DNA from: Coleofasciculus sp. B1-GNL1-01
Lineage (GTDB): Bacteria; Cyanobacteriota; Cyanobacteriia; Cyanobacteriales; Coleofasciculaceae
Assembly (NCBI GenBank): GCA_040220235.1
Contig: JAVJTO010000051.1
Length of the DNA: 64,000 nucleotides
Reading direction: 5' to 3' (one strand)
The notes beneath the pieces were generated by a model, which was not told the origin of the DNA, did not search any database, and worked only from the letters and a program-made list of their open reading frames with translations. Numbering within the stretch: position 1 is the stretch's first letter; the number at the start of each line of letters is the position of its first letter. The translations under genes were made by a program, and so were the position numbers. This document shows positions 50,327 through 61,454 of this stretch, in pieces.

Positions 50327-50695
50327 ATGACTCGATTCTATAAAATTACCATTCACCATCGCCAAACCAATACCAAGCATACTCTAGAAGTCCCAAGCGA
50401 TCGCTATATCCTCCAAGCCGCCGAAGACCAAGGCGTAGAACTGCCATTTTCTTGTCGCAATGGGGCTTGCACCACCTGTGCGGTGCGTGTCCTCTCCGGT
50501 GACATCTATCAACCCGAAGCCATGGGATTGTCTCCAGCGCTGCGCCAAAAAGGGTACGCCCTGTTATGTGTGGGGTATCCCCGTTCTGACATAGAAGTCG
50601 AAACCCAGGATGAGGATGAAGTCTACGAACTCCAATTTGGGCGCTATTTTGGTAAAGGCAAGATTCGGTTTGGATTGCCCTTAGATGAGGATTAG
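50327..50695 (+). CDS. 2Fe-2S ferredoxin
   Basis: LPFSCRNGACTTC...LLCV. Confidence 0.93.
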   Translation: MTRFYKITIHHRQTNTKHTLEVPSDRYILQAAEDQGVELPFSCRNGACTTCAVRVLSGDIYQPEAMGLSPALRQKGYALLCVGYPRSDIEVETQDEDEVYELQFGRYFGKGKIRFGLPLDED

Positions 50696-51338
50696 AACAA
50701 ACAGCAATCACCAATATCAGCATTACTCCCCCCTTCCGAAGGGGGGTTGGGGGGGATGGAAAAGTCTAACACCTAACCTGAACAATACATATCCCAGCCG
50801 CCTTATCGCCCTCCTGATTGGCTGTAGCTTTCTCCTTTTACTGGGAGGATGTCAATCTAAAAACGTTCCTCCTGGTATCCCTGTACAAGTCCAACAAGTT
50901 GTTAGTGGACAAACCATCGAGGTATTAGATACCACTCAACAACCCGCCTTAATTGTTCGGGTACGGTTAATTGGTATAGAAGCACCCGACTTGAGACAAC
51001 AGCCTTGGGGAACGGCGGCTCAAACTCGGATTGAACAACTTATCGGTGAAACCAGGGGTCAACAACTGGTACTCCAATCGGTTTTCTTAGAACCTGATGT
51101 GCAAACTAAAGACAGTTTTGGTCGTTGGTTAGCCTACGTTTGGCATGATGGAGTCATGATTAATGAACAACTGATTAAAGAAGGATATGTTTTAGCGACA
51201 CCGCGATCGCCCAATAATAAATATAATGAACGCCTAACCCGCGCTCAGGAATACGCCCGAATTATGGGATATGGCATCTGGAACTCAGAACAACCCCTCC
51301 GTTTAACCCCGGCTGAATTTCGGCGACGCAATCCTTAG
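50685..51338 (+). CDS. Thermonuclease (SNase) family lipoprotein; start uncertain
   Basis: LLGGC lipobox, VRLIGIEAP, DSFGRWLAYV, NEQLIKEG. Confidence 0.85.
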   Translation: MRIRTNSNHQYQHYSPLPKGGWGGWKSLTPNLNNTYPSRLIALLIGCSFLLLLGGCQSKNVPPGIPVQVQQVVSGQTIEVLDTTQQPALIVRVRLIGIEAPDLRQQPWGTAAQTRIEQLIGETRGQQLVLQSVFLEPDVQTKDSFGRWLAYVWHDGVMINEQLIKEGYVLATPRSPNNKYNERLTRAQEYARIMGYGIWNSEQPLRLTPAEFRRRNP

Positions 51339-51489
51339 AAGAAGGCAGGAAACAAGTTTGTAGTAAGCACTTTAGTGCTTAAACGCCTAGACGGAGTTGG
51401 CTCAGGTTCCCTCACGACAAAACAAATCTGATAGATTTTGCCGATTTTCTGGGCGCACATCGGTTTGGAATTGGGCGCACGTCGGTCAT

Positions 51490-51893
51490 CCGTGTCAACT
51501 TAAGCTCAACCCCTCTCCCCCACTATGCATTACCCACATCTTTCTTAACATTAGCGAGAGCGATCGCTATAGCGCTCTCCAACCCCTAGTCCTACATAGC
51601 CCATTCCCAATAAAACTCGGTCTTTGTCAAGAGTAGTTTGTGGTAATTTGTCAAGTTTAGTGGAATGAATTGAATTTAAAAGCCTTGTTAAACAAGGCTT
51701 TCAGGATTGTTAAGAAAGATGCGTATAAGGGATAGCACGCCGGGGAGAGGGGAGCAAAAAGCAAGCGGTATTCCAGAGTTACTTTGGAAGCGTCTTTATG
51801 TGATGGCTCCCCTTCTCCCTTGATGGGAGAAGGGGTTAGGGGATGAGGGTGAAACACTACCCCTGTATTACTTTTCGCCTTAAGTTGACACGG
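51490..51893. mobile_element. MITE with perfect 15-bp TIRs
   Basis: ccgtgtcaacttaag (51490-51504) / cttaagttgacacgg (51879-51893), no transposase, embedded among gggcgcacgtcggt REP copies. Confidence 0.75.
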
Positions 51894-52431
51894 GCGCACG
51901 TCGGTGCGCCCCTACGATTCTAATCTACCAATTAAGGTGTGCTACTCCACTAGCCATTGTCTACTTATTATAAAAATCGGACTATACGCCAAGCCTCTAT
52001 TCGTAGTGGACTGACCCAGCTAAAATAGGACTTTGTTTGTAGTGAGAATTTTAGTTCTCTAACGCCTAGCTGGAGAGGGCTGAAGCCCTCACTACGAACC
52101 CAATCTATTGCACAATTTTAGCTGCGTCACGCCAGTAGGGTGTGTTAGCGTAGCGTAACGCACCTTTACCCCCACAAGTGGTGTAGCTGCGTAAGTCCTG
52201 AAAAATAATCTTTGATGGTCAGAATTTGATTTTTTAACAGTTCGCCATGAACGTTTTACCTACTCGGTGCAACCCTATAAGAGTTGGAAGGTTTTATCAG
52301 AATTGATTCATCCTGCTAGTCGAATAGCACAATGAATCAAAACTAAATATTGTTTAATTTTATTAAAATAAAACCCAAAACACTCAGAATAAGCGAAACT
52401 ATCAAGCATACGATTACAGGGTGTTGAACCA

Positions 52432-55400
52432 ATGAAATCAGCTCGGTTATGCTGGCGTTGCTTATCCGTCTTGCTGTCTTTGTGCCAAGGTATACTTTTG
52501 GGTATCGCTTCACTGGTGGTTAATTCTCCAGTCTTGGCACAATCAATAACTCCAGCAGCCGATGGTACAGGCACAATTGTCACACCGGATGGGAACCGCA
52601 TCGACATTTCCGGTGGGAGTCTGTCGGCTGATGGCAAAAACCTCTTCCACAGTTTCCAGCAGTTTGGCTTAAATCCCGAAGAAGTCGCTAACTTTTTAGC
52701 CAATCCAGATTTAAACAATATCCTCAGTCGCGTCACAGGCGGTGACGCTTCTGTAATAAACGGGTTAATTCAGGTAACAGGCGGCAATAATACTAACTTA
52801 TATATCATGAATCCGGCGGGGATTATTTTGGGTCCACATACCCAACTCAATGTCCCCGGTGACTTTACCGCCACCACCGCCGACGCCATTGGATTTGGCG
52901 ATGGTAATTGGTTTAATGCTATTGGCGAGAATGATTATCAGAACTTAGTCGGCACACCTAACCAATTTGCCTTTGATGGAACAGAAGCGGGAAGTATTGT
53001 TAATGCAGGGGATTTAGCCGTATCAGACGGGAAAAACTTAACCCTACTGGCTGGCAATGTCGTTAACACCGGGACACTCACCGCACCAGGGGGAAGTATT
53101 ACTGTTGCAGCCGTTCCCGGTTCCAATTTAGTCAAAATTTCTCGTCCTGGGGGATTATTGTCTCTGGAAGTTGAACCCCCCAGAACTCCGGATGGTGAAC
53201 TATTGCCAGTTCAGCCAGGGGATTTAGCCGAATTATTAACGGGTTCGGGTGAGGAAGTTGAAACAGGCGTCGAGGTTAACCAATCAGGGGATGTACAACT
53301 GGCAGAGACTGGAGTCACCTTACCACAAGAGACAGGCTTAGCTATTATATCCGGTAAAATTGATGCTTCTCACACAGAGGCTGTAGGGGAACCCAGCCTT
53401 GCACCCTCATCCTCAACCGGAGGTGAGATTAATGTTATTGGCGATAGAGTAGGTCTAATTGCCGCCAACGTAGACGCATCAGGAACCCATGGTGGTGGGA
53501 TAGTCCAAATAGGAGGCGCTTATCAGGGACAAGGAACGATACCCAACGCCTCAAGAACCTATGTCAGCCCAGATTCAGAGATTAAGGCTGATGCTATCAC
53601 CAATGGAGAAGGTGGAGAAGTCGTAACGTGGTCAAATAACGCTACCCGATTCTACGGCACAATTAGCGCCCAAGGTGGAACAGAAGCAGGAGATGGTGGA
53701 AAAGTTGAAGTATCCGGAAAAGAGTTTTTAGACTATAACGGCAGTGTAAATACCCTAGCGCCTAACGGAAATATCGGCACATTATTATTAGACCCAACCA
53801 ATATAGAAGTGGTTACGGGTAATGGTGACGAGTTTGCAGACGGTTTAGACGATGTAGATAATTCAAATGACCCTAACCTTCCTAATCCTGCAACTCCTCC
53901 AAATAATTCTACTATTGCCAAGATCGATCCAAGTTTAATCAATAGCGCGACCAGCAATGTGACTCTACAAGCTAGCAATAATATTACCTTTACCAATGCC
54001 GTTAATATGACAGGAAACGGCGTGGGACTAACGGCTGACGCTGGAAACCGAATTGAAGTCAATGCCGATATCTCCACAACCAATGGTGCGATTGAACTCA
54101 ACACCAATAACGGCACAGGCGGGATTGTATTAAACGCCAACTTGAATGCCGGAACCAGCACAGTTACCCTAAATTCTTTCAATGGAGCCATTACCCGTGC
54201 AGGGGGAGTAATTACAGCCAATACCCTTGATGCCACAGCCACAGCATTTGGTACAAATGAGAACCCCATTCAAACCGATGTTAAGGAATTGAGTGTAGAT
54301 ACTTCTACTGCCCAAGGGAACCAGTTCATCAGCGAGACAGATGGACTAACAAAATTGGATCTCAACGCCGGACTGAATGGGGGTGAGATTGCCCTCACCA
54401 GTAGTGGTGCAATTACCGACGATGATGGTTCTCGCGATATCCTTGCTGGTTCACTATCTGTGCAGATTAGCGGGACAGGCAATTTTGGTAGTCAACAACG
54501 GGCGATTCGCGCTAACGTCAACGATTTGACCGTGGATACATCGGCAGAAGGGGGCAGTCAATTTATTGAGCTCAGAAGCGGTGTAACTCAACTCAATCTC
54601 GAAGCTGGAGAGGGCGATATAACTCTCAGCGTCAATGAATCAATTACAGACAATGACGCTGACACAGACATCACAGCCAATGCCGCTAATCTAACTCTAG
54701 CTCCTGATGATCCAGATGATGAAAATGCCCCAGAGACCAACTTAGGTACTCTAGATGACCCAATTCAAACCGATGTTAAGGAATTGAGTGTAGACACTTC
54801 CGCAACCCAAGATGACCAATTTATCAGCGAGGAAGATGGACTAACAAAATTGGATCTCAACGCCGGACTGAATGGGGGTGAGATTGCCCTCACCAGTAGT
54901 GGTGCAATTACCGACGATGATGGTTCTCGCGATATCCTTGCTGGTTCACTATCTGTGCAGATTAGTGGGACAGGCAATTTTGGCAGTCAACAACGGGCGA
55001 TTCGCGCTAACGTCAGCGACTTGACCGTGGATACATCGGCAGAAGGGGGTAGTCAGTTTATTGACCTGAGGAGTTCTATCACAAAACTGGATCTCAACGC
55101 CGGATTTAATGGGGGTGAGATTGCCCTCACCAGTGGTGGAGCAATTACGGACAATGATGGTGCTCGCGATATCCTCGCCGATACACTGTCTGTGCAGATT
55201 AGCGGGACAGGAAATTTTGGCAGTCAACAACGGGCGATTCGCGCTAACGTCAACGATTTGACCGTGGATACATCGGCAGAAGGGGGCAGTCAGTTTGTTG
55301 AACTTAGAAGTGGTGTAACTCAACTCAATCTCGAAGCCGGAGAGGGCGATATAGCTCTTACCGTTAATGAGTCAATCACGGACAATGACCCTGACATAGA

Positions 55401-58400
55401 TATCACAGCCAATGTCGCTAACCTGATTTTATCTCCTGATGATCCAGATGATGAAAATGCCCCAGAGACTAACTTGGGTACTCAAACTAACCCGATTCAA
55501 ACTGATGTTAATGAGTTGAGTGTAGACACTTCAACTGCCCAAGGTGACCAGTTCATCAGCGAGGAAGATGGACTAACAAAACTGGATCTCAACGCCGGAC
55601 TGAATGGGGGTGAGATTGCTCTCACTAGTGGTGGTGCAATTACCGACGATGATGGTTCTCGCGACATCCTTGCTGGTCCACTATCTGTGCAGATTAGTGG
55701 GACAGGCAATTTTGGCAGTCAACAACGGGCGATTCGCGCTAACGTCAGCGATTTGACCGTGGATACATCAGGGGGTAATCAATTTATTGACCTGAGAAGT
55801 TCTGTTAGTGCGCTAAATGTGAATACCAATGGTGGCAATGTCGCTCTTATCATAGATGGCGAAATGACTGATACCGCCAATGCTGCCATTATCAATAGTA
55901 ACGGCGGTAATATTTCCGTGACGGCGGATGATATTGACCTGGCTGCTAGTAGTGACTCAACGATTGATGCTGATACGGGAAATATAACTCTCCAACCCAA
56001 TGGCAACACGACAATTGGTATCGGAACTGGTGCAACGGGGAATTTCCATCTCGACACCACAGAATTGACAGAGAAACTCAACTCCTCTGGTATCGTTACC
56101 ATTGGTGGGGGAAATGGAGCCATTGAAATTAACTCAGATACAACAGAACTTGACCTGAGTGGAGAAACCTTTAACCTAAGTATCAGTGGCGGCAATCTTA
56201 CCTTCACGAAGCCTCTAATTTTGCGTGATAATGGCACATTGACCTTAAATACCAGAAGAGTTACCCCCACTGCCACAGGTTCAACCATCACGATAGGTGG
56301 GAACGGAACATTGGCACTGAACACATCCGGTGCAGTGGGTACAAATGCTCAACCATTAACAACAGCGATTATTCAATTAGCAGCAGATTCAACTAACAAT
56401 ATTTTTATCCAAAATAATGCCGCACTAGATTTGGGAACTTCTACTATTAATGGCACATTGGATGTCATGGCTGATGGTGCGATTACCAATAGTGGTCAAT
56501 TGGAGATCAGCGGCATCACCACCCTAGCAGCAGGAACCGCTAACAATATCACCCTAGACAATAGTGAAAACAACTTAAGTACAATTGCCATAACCAGTGG
56601 GAATAATGTCACCCTACAAGACAAAAATGCCATAGATTTAGGAACTTCTGACATAGAGGGCACCCTAAACGTCACAGCCAACGGAGAAATCACCAACAGT
56701 GGTCCATTGGAAGTCAGCGGCATCACCACCCTAGCCGCAGGAGTGGCTAACAATATTACCCTGAATAATGCTGACAACGACTTGAGTACAATTGCCATAA
56801 GCAGTGGCAATAATGTCACCCTACAAGACAAAAATGACATAGTTCTAGGAACTTCAGACATAGAGGGTGCCCTAAACGTCACAGCCAACGGAGAAATTAC
56901 CAACAGTGGCGCTCTCAATGTAATGGGTGATGCAAGCTTTGAAACAACTTTAGCAAACGCTGGCAATGTTCTCATCACCAACAGTAACCCAAATGGCACA
57001 GTTATAGGTGATTCCCTGATTGGCGGTGACTTCACCCTCAACTCAACTGGGGATGTCAATCAAACAGGAGCGCTGAAAGTAGCAGGAACGCCTCAGGTTA
57101 ACGATGCACCCACAGTCACCCTAACTAATGCAAATAATGTCCTACCTTTACTGACAACTTCTAACGGAGATGTAATCATCAGCAAAGTCGGTTCCATTGA
57201 GTTAGGAACTGAACCTGCAACTCAAAATGTGAGTGGGAATCTGACGGTGATAAGTCAGGCTGAAGGAGAGGAATTTATTGGAACACCATTAACAACAGTA
57301 AATGCTATTACTCTCGATCAACCCGGAAACTCTTTTGAGGGTAAGGTGAGCTTGACTACGGCTGCTCCTAATTTACAAAATGTTACAGGCACTCCAGGTA
57401 TTACTCAAAGTGTTCCAATTTCAGTGTCAGGAACAACGACCCTGAACGCGACGGAGAATGGCAATATCACCCTAGACAATAGTGAAAATGACTTAAGTAC
57501 AATTGCCATAAGCAGTGGCAATAATGTTACCCTACAAGACAAAAATGCCATAGACCTAGGAACTTCAGACATAGAGGGTCAACTAACGGTAACAGCCAAC
57601 GGAGAAATTACCAACAGTGGTCAATTGCAAATCAGCGGCATCACCGCCCTAGCCGCAGGAGCAGAGAACAATATCACCCTGAATAATGCTAACAATGACT
57701 TAAATACAGTTTCCATAAGCAGTGGAAATAATGTCACCCTACAAGATCAAAATGCCATAGATTTAGGCAGTTCAGACATTAAGGGTACCCTAGACGTCAC
57801 AGCCAACGGAGAAATTACCAACAGTGGTCAATTAGAAGTAAGCGGCACCACCACCCTAGCGGCAGGAGCGGCTAACAATATCACCCTGAATAATGCTGAC
57901 AACGACTTAAATACAGTTGCCATAACCAGTGGAAATAATGTCACCCTACAAGACCAAAATGCTATAGATTTAGGCAATTCTGACATTGAGGGTCAACTAA
58001 ACGTCACAGCCAACGGAGAAATTACCAACAGTGGTCAATTGCAAGTCAGCGGCATCACCACCCTAGCCGCAGGACTGGCTAACAATATTACCCTGAATAA
58101 TGCTAACAACGACTTAAGTACAATTGCCATAAGCAGTGGAAATAATGTCACCCTACAAGATCAAAATGCCATAGACCTAGGAACTTCAGACATTGAGGGT
58201 CAACTAAACGTCATAGCCAACGGAGAAATTACCAACAGTGGTCAATTGCAAATCAGCGGCATCACCACCCTAGCTGCCGGAACCCCTAACAATATTACCC
58301 TGAATAATGCTGACAATAACTTCAACACAGTCGCCGTTAGCAGTGCCAGAAACGTTACCCTCAACGACACCAATACCATCCAACTGTCATCTTTAACAAT

Positions 58401-61257
58401 TAACGGCAGGTTAGACGTAAATTCAAGTAACACGAGCCTTATCGGAAACATCACCACAGGAAACAACCTTACCTTTAATAGTCCAGTCACTCTAGACAAC
58501 GATGTGACCTTAGATGCTGGACTAACCACTCTGTCTTTTGCCTCCGGCTTAAATGCCAATGGTCACTCATTAACTTTAAAAGCCAGTGAAATTAATAATT
58601 CAGATGCAATCACAAACGGTAATCTCCTTACCTTACAACCTGCCACATCTAACCAAGCCATCACCATTGGCGCAACCAATAACAACACCGCCGCTTTAGA
58701 CTTGACAACCAGTGAATTAAATGCATTCCAATCCAACTTTAATACCCTAACCATCGGACAAGGAAACACAAACCCTGTCACCATCAACCCCATTACATTT
58801 AACAAACCAGTCACCATTCAAGGCGGAACCATTGATGTCAACGGCAGCATAACCGGGTCAGGGAACGCCTCGATTACCCTCAACAGTGCCACCACAAACC
58901 TGAACGCTACCATCGCCACCGATAACCAGACCATTACGATTACAGGGAACACCAATCTGGGAAATTCTGTCCTCCTGAATACCAACAATGGTGCAGGTAA
59001 TATCAATCTTAACGGCGCAATTAATGGCACTCAGACACTCACCCTTGATGCTGGGACAGGTAACATTAACGCCACAGGAAACATCGGTAACATCACTCCC
59101 TTAAATAGCCTGACGATTAATCGTGCTAACACTGTTACCACCCAAAATATTATAGCCACCACCGTTACCGTTACCGCCAATCAAACCATTAATACCGCCA
59201 ACATCAATACCAGTTCAACCCTCAATCCCGGTGGAGACATTACCCTAACCAGCAATAATGGCGTGATTACCACCAACAACCTAACCAGTTCTGGAACCAG
59301 TGGCGGTGATATTTTTATCCAAGCCTTGAACTCAATGACTTTGGGTGAAATTAATAGTAGTGGTAGTTCTGGTGATGGCGGTGATGTTACCCTTGACCCC
59401 ATTGGTGATATTGAAGTCAGTTTTATTAACGCTGAAGGGGGTAACAATGGCAAAGGCGGAAACATTGATATTACCGCAGGTCAATTTTTCCGCGCCACAG
59501 ATACCTTTACAGATGCTAACGGTGAAGAGGTTAGCATTTCTAGCGCGGGTGGGAATGATAATGGTAGTATTACGATTCGCCATGGGGGTAACAGCGAGAC
59601 TCCCTTTATTATTGGTGATGCCACAACCAATGGTACAGTTGGTGCAATTACCGATGGTGATATTACCCTCCTTCCCACCCAATCCTTGCTGTTTACCCAA
59701 ATAGACGGCGACATCGAAATTCTTAGTGTTGATGCACCGACAATTCCCGAAGAAGAACCTGTGGATGATTCACCGATGACACCTGTGGATGAGTCTCAAA
59801 TCAATCCCGTTGATGTCATCCAACCCACTGAAGTTAGCGAACTTCCCGAAGAAGATAACAATCAATTAACCGAAGACGAAGACACCAGCAAACCCGCCGA
59901 ATCAGCATCGGTTCCCACCACCACCAACACCACCACAACCCCAGCCGCCGAAACGGAAGTCGCTCAACAAGAAGGCAACCTCACCAATGCCTATGAAAGT
60001 CATCTCGGAGTTAGAAATACCCGCACCATCACCCCTCAAGAAACCAAAGCCCAGCTTAATCAAATTGAACAACTTACTGGCATCAAACCTGCCCTAATTT
60101 ACGCCTTCTTCAAACCCCAAACCCCCACTCCCGAAAAACCCAATCCCAAAGACGACATCCTCTGGCAATTTAATGCTTCCACGCCTCAACACCAACAATT
60201 TTCAACGAACCCCAATCCCCAACCCACTGACCAACTCGAACTCGTCCTGGTTACCGCTTCTGGAGACATCATTCGTCGTCCGGTTCCCGGTGCAACCCGA
60301 GAGAAAGTCCTGCAACAAGTACAACAATTACGTCGCGCTGTCACCAATGTTCGCATTCCTCGCCCCTATAAATCCTCAGCGCAACAACTTTATAATTGGT
60401 TAATTTCCCCCATCGAAACTGAATTACAAGCCCAAGGAATTAATAATCTTAGCTTTGTGATGGATAGAGGCTTGCGTTCCCTCCCCATCGCCACACTCTA
60501 TGACGGAAATCAATTTATTATCGAGAACTATAGCGTCGGGTTAATGCCCAGTTTTAGCCTCACTGATACCCGATATGTAGATATCCGAGATGCTAATATT
60601 TTAGCCATGGGCGCTTCTCGATTTAAGGAACAAGACCCCTTACCTGCTGTCCCCCAAGAATTATCCTTGATTACCAATCAGTTGTGGTCAGGGGAATCCT
60701 TTCTGAACCAAAACTTCACCCTAGATAATCTCAAAGAAGCCCGCGCTAATCAACCCTTTGGCATTCTCCATCTCGCTACCCATGGAGAGTTTAAAGCAGG
60801 TAAACCTAGTAACTCCTATATTCAGTTTTGGAATACCCGATTAACCCTCGACAAATTGCGAGAGTTACAATTAGATAATCCCCCAGTTGAACTGATGGTA
60901 TTAAGTGCCTGTCGTTCAGCCTTAGGGGATGAACAAGCCGAGTTAGGCTTTACCGGATTAGCCGTACAAGCGGGGGTAAAATCAGCGCTAGGTAGCCTCT
61001 GGTATGTCAGCGATACCGGGACATTAGGACTGATGACCACATTTTATCAACAGTTAAAACAAGCCCCGATTAAAGCTGAAGCCTTGCGACAGGCACAATT
61101 GGCAATGATGCGGGGGGAAGTGCAGTTAGACGGCGATGAATTAGTCACACCATCGGCTAGGATTTCTTTACCTGAGGAATTACTCAACCAGGGAAATATT
61201 AATTTAACTCATCCCTATTATTGGAGTGCGTTTACTTTAGTCGGAAATCCGTGGTAG
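52432..61257 (+). CDS. Filamentous haemagglutinin N-domain, repeat-rich, CHAT (caspase-like) domain protein
   Basis: AQSITPAADGTGT, NLFHSF, NPAGI; internal repeats; HLATHG, VLSAC, SLWYV, HPYYWSAF. Confidence 0.93.
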   Translation: MKSARLCWRCLSVLLSLCQGILLGIASLVVNSPVLAQSITPAADGTGTIVTPDGNRIDISGGSLSADGKNLFHSFQQFGLNPEEVANFLANPDLNNILSRVTGGDASVINGLIQVTGGNNTNLYIMNPAGIILGPHTQLNVPGDFTATTADAIGFGDGNWFNAIGENDYQNLVGTPNQFAFDGTEAGSIVNAGDLAVSDGKNLTLLAGNVVNTGTLTAPGGSITVAAVPGSNLVKISRPGGLLSLEVEPPRTPDGELLPVQPGDLAELLTGSGEEVETGVEVNQSGDVQLAETGVTLPQETGLAIISGKIDASHTEAVGEPSLAPSSSTGGEINVIGDRVGLIAANVDASGTHGGGIVQIGGAYQGQGTIPNASRTYVSPDSEIKADAITNGEGGEVVTWSNNATRFYGTISAQGGTEAGDGGKVEVSGKEFLDYNGSVNTLAPNGNIGTLLLDPTNIEVVTGNGDEFADGLDDVDNSNDPNLPNPATPPNNSTIAKIDPSLINSATSNVTLQASNNITFTNAVNMTGNGVGLTADAGNRIEVNADISTTNGAIELNTNNGTGGIVLNANLNAGTSTVTLNSFNGAITRAGGVITANTLDATATAFGTNENPIQTDVKELSVDTSTAQGNQFISETDGLTKLDLNAGLNGGEIALTSSGAITDDDGSRDILAGSLSVQISGTGNFGSQQRAIRANVNDLTVDTSAEGGSQFIELRSGVTQLNLEAGEGDITLSVNESITDNDADTDITANAANLTLAPDDPDDENAPETNLGTLDDPIQTDVKELSVDTSATQDDQFISEEDGLTKLDLNAGLNGGEIALTSSGAITDDDGSRDILAGSLSVQISGTGNFGSQQRAIRANVSDLTVDTSAEGGSQFIDLRSSITKLDLNAGFNGGEIALTSGGAITDNDGARDILADTLSVQISGTGNFGSQQRAIRANVNDLTVDTSAEGGSQFVELRSGVTQLNLEAGEGDIALTVNESITDNDPDIDITANVANLILSPDDPDDENAPETNLGTQTNPIQTDVNELSVDTSTAQGDQFISEEDGLTKLDLNAGLNGGEIALTSGGAITDDDGSRDILAGPLSVQISGTGNFGSQQRAIRANVSDLTVDTSGGNQFIDLRSSVSALNVNTNGGNVALIIDGEMTDTANAAIINSNGGNISVTADDIDLAASSDSTIDADTGNITLQPNGNTTIGIGTGATGNFHLDTTELTEKLNSSGIVTIGGGNGAIEINSDTTELDLSGETFNLSISGGNLTFTKPLILRDNGTLTLNTRRVTPTATGSTITIGGNGTLALNTSGAVGTNAQPLTTAIIQLAADSTNNIFIQNNAALDLGTSTINGTLDVMADGAITNSGQLEISGITTLAAGTANNITLDNSENNLSTIAITSGNNVTLQDKNAIDLGTSDIEGTLNVTANGEITNSGPLEVSGITTLAAGVANNITLNNADNDLSTIAISSGNNVTLQDKNDIVLGTSDIEGALNVTANGEITNSGALNVMGDASFETTLANAGNVLITNSNPNGTVIGDSLIGGDFTLNSTGDVNQTGALKVAGTPQVNDAPTVTLTNANNVLPLLTTSNGDVIISKVGSIELGTEPATQNVSGNLTVISQAEGEEFIGTPLTTVNAITLDQPGNSFEGKVSLTTAAPNLQNVTGTPGITQSVPISVSGTTTLNATENGNITLDNSENDLSTIAISSGNNVTLQDKNAIDLGTSDIEGQLTVTANGEITNSGQLQISGITALAAGAENNITLNNANNDLNTVSISSGNNVTLQDQNAIDLGSSDIKGTLDVTANGEITNSGQLEVSGTTTLAAGAANNITLNNADNDLNTVAITSGNNVTLQDQNAIDLGNSDIEGQLNVTANGEITNSGQLQVSGITTLAAGLANNITLNNANNDLSTIAISSGNNVTLQDQNAIDLGTSDIEGQLNVIANGEITNSGQLQISGITTLAAGTPNNITLNNADNNFNTVAVSSARNVTLNDTNTIQLSSLTINGRLDVNSSNTSLIGNITTGNNLTFNSPVTLDNDVTLDAGLTTLSFASGLNANGHSLTLKASEINNSDAITNGNLLTLQPATSNQAITIGATNNNTAALDLTTSELNAFQSNFNTLTIGQGNTNPVTINPITFNKPVTIQGGTIDVNGSITGSGNASITLNSATTNLNATIATDNQTITITGNTNLGNSVLLNTNNGAGNINLNGAINGTQTLTLDAGTGNINATGNIGNITPLNSLTINRANTVTTQNIIATTVTVTANQTINTANINTSSTLNPGGDITLTSNNGVITTNNLTSSGTSGGDIFIQALNSMTLGEINSSGSSGDGGDVTLDPIGDIEVSFINAEGGNNGKGGNIDITAGQFFRATDTFTDANGEEVSISSAGGNDNGSITIRHGGNSETPFIIGDATTNGTVGAITDGDITLLPTQSLLFTQIDGDIEILSVDAPTIPEEEPVDDSPMTPVDESQINPVDVIQPTEVSELPEEDNNQLTEDEDTSKPAESASVPTTTNTTTTPAAETEVAQQEGNLTNAYESHLGVRNTRTITPQETKAQLNQIEQLTGIKPALIYAFFKPQTPTPEKPNPKDDILWQFNASTPQHQQFSTNPNPQPTDQLELVLVTASGDIIRRPVPGATREKVLQQVQQLRRAVTNVRIPRPYKSSAQQLYNWLISPIETELQAQGINNLSFVMDRGLRSLPIATLYDGNQFIIENYSVGLMPSFSLTDTRYVDIRDANILAMGASRFKEQDPLPAVPQELSLITNQLWSGESFLNQNFTLDNLKEARANQPFGILHLATHGEFKAGKPSNSYIQFWNTRLTLDKLRELQLDNPPVELMVLSACRSALGDEQAELGFTGLAVQAGVKSALGSLWYVSDTGTLGLMTTFYQQLKQAPIKAEALRQAQLAMMRGEVQLDGDELVTPSARISLPEELLNQGNINLTHPYYWSAFTLVGNPW

Positions 61258-61454
61258 TTAAGAGAAAAAACACAACCAATTAGTTATAAGTAGGTTGATG
61301 GAAATAAACTCAACTCTATTCAGTTATAGCACTACGCAGATACGTTAGGACAAATCAAGAAAAATTCAAAATCGCTCAATCCCTTGTAAGGTAAGCTTTT
61401 TTCTTCACTATTGCCTATTGCCTATTGCCTATTTCCTGGCGCGTAGCGCTATAA

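Noticed and set aside
52308..59714. Many antisense ORFs inside the haemagglutinin gene and other long CDSs
   Set aside because: Shadow ORFs from codon bias and repeats
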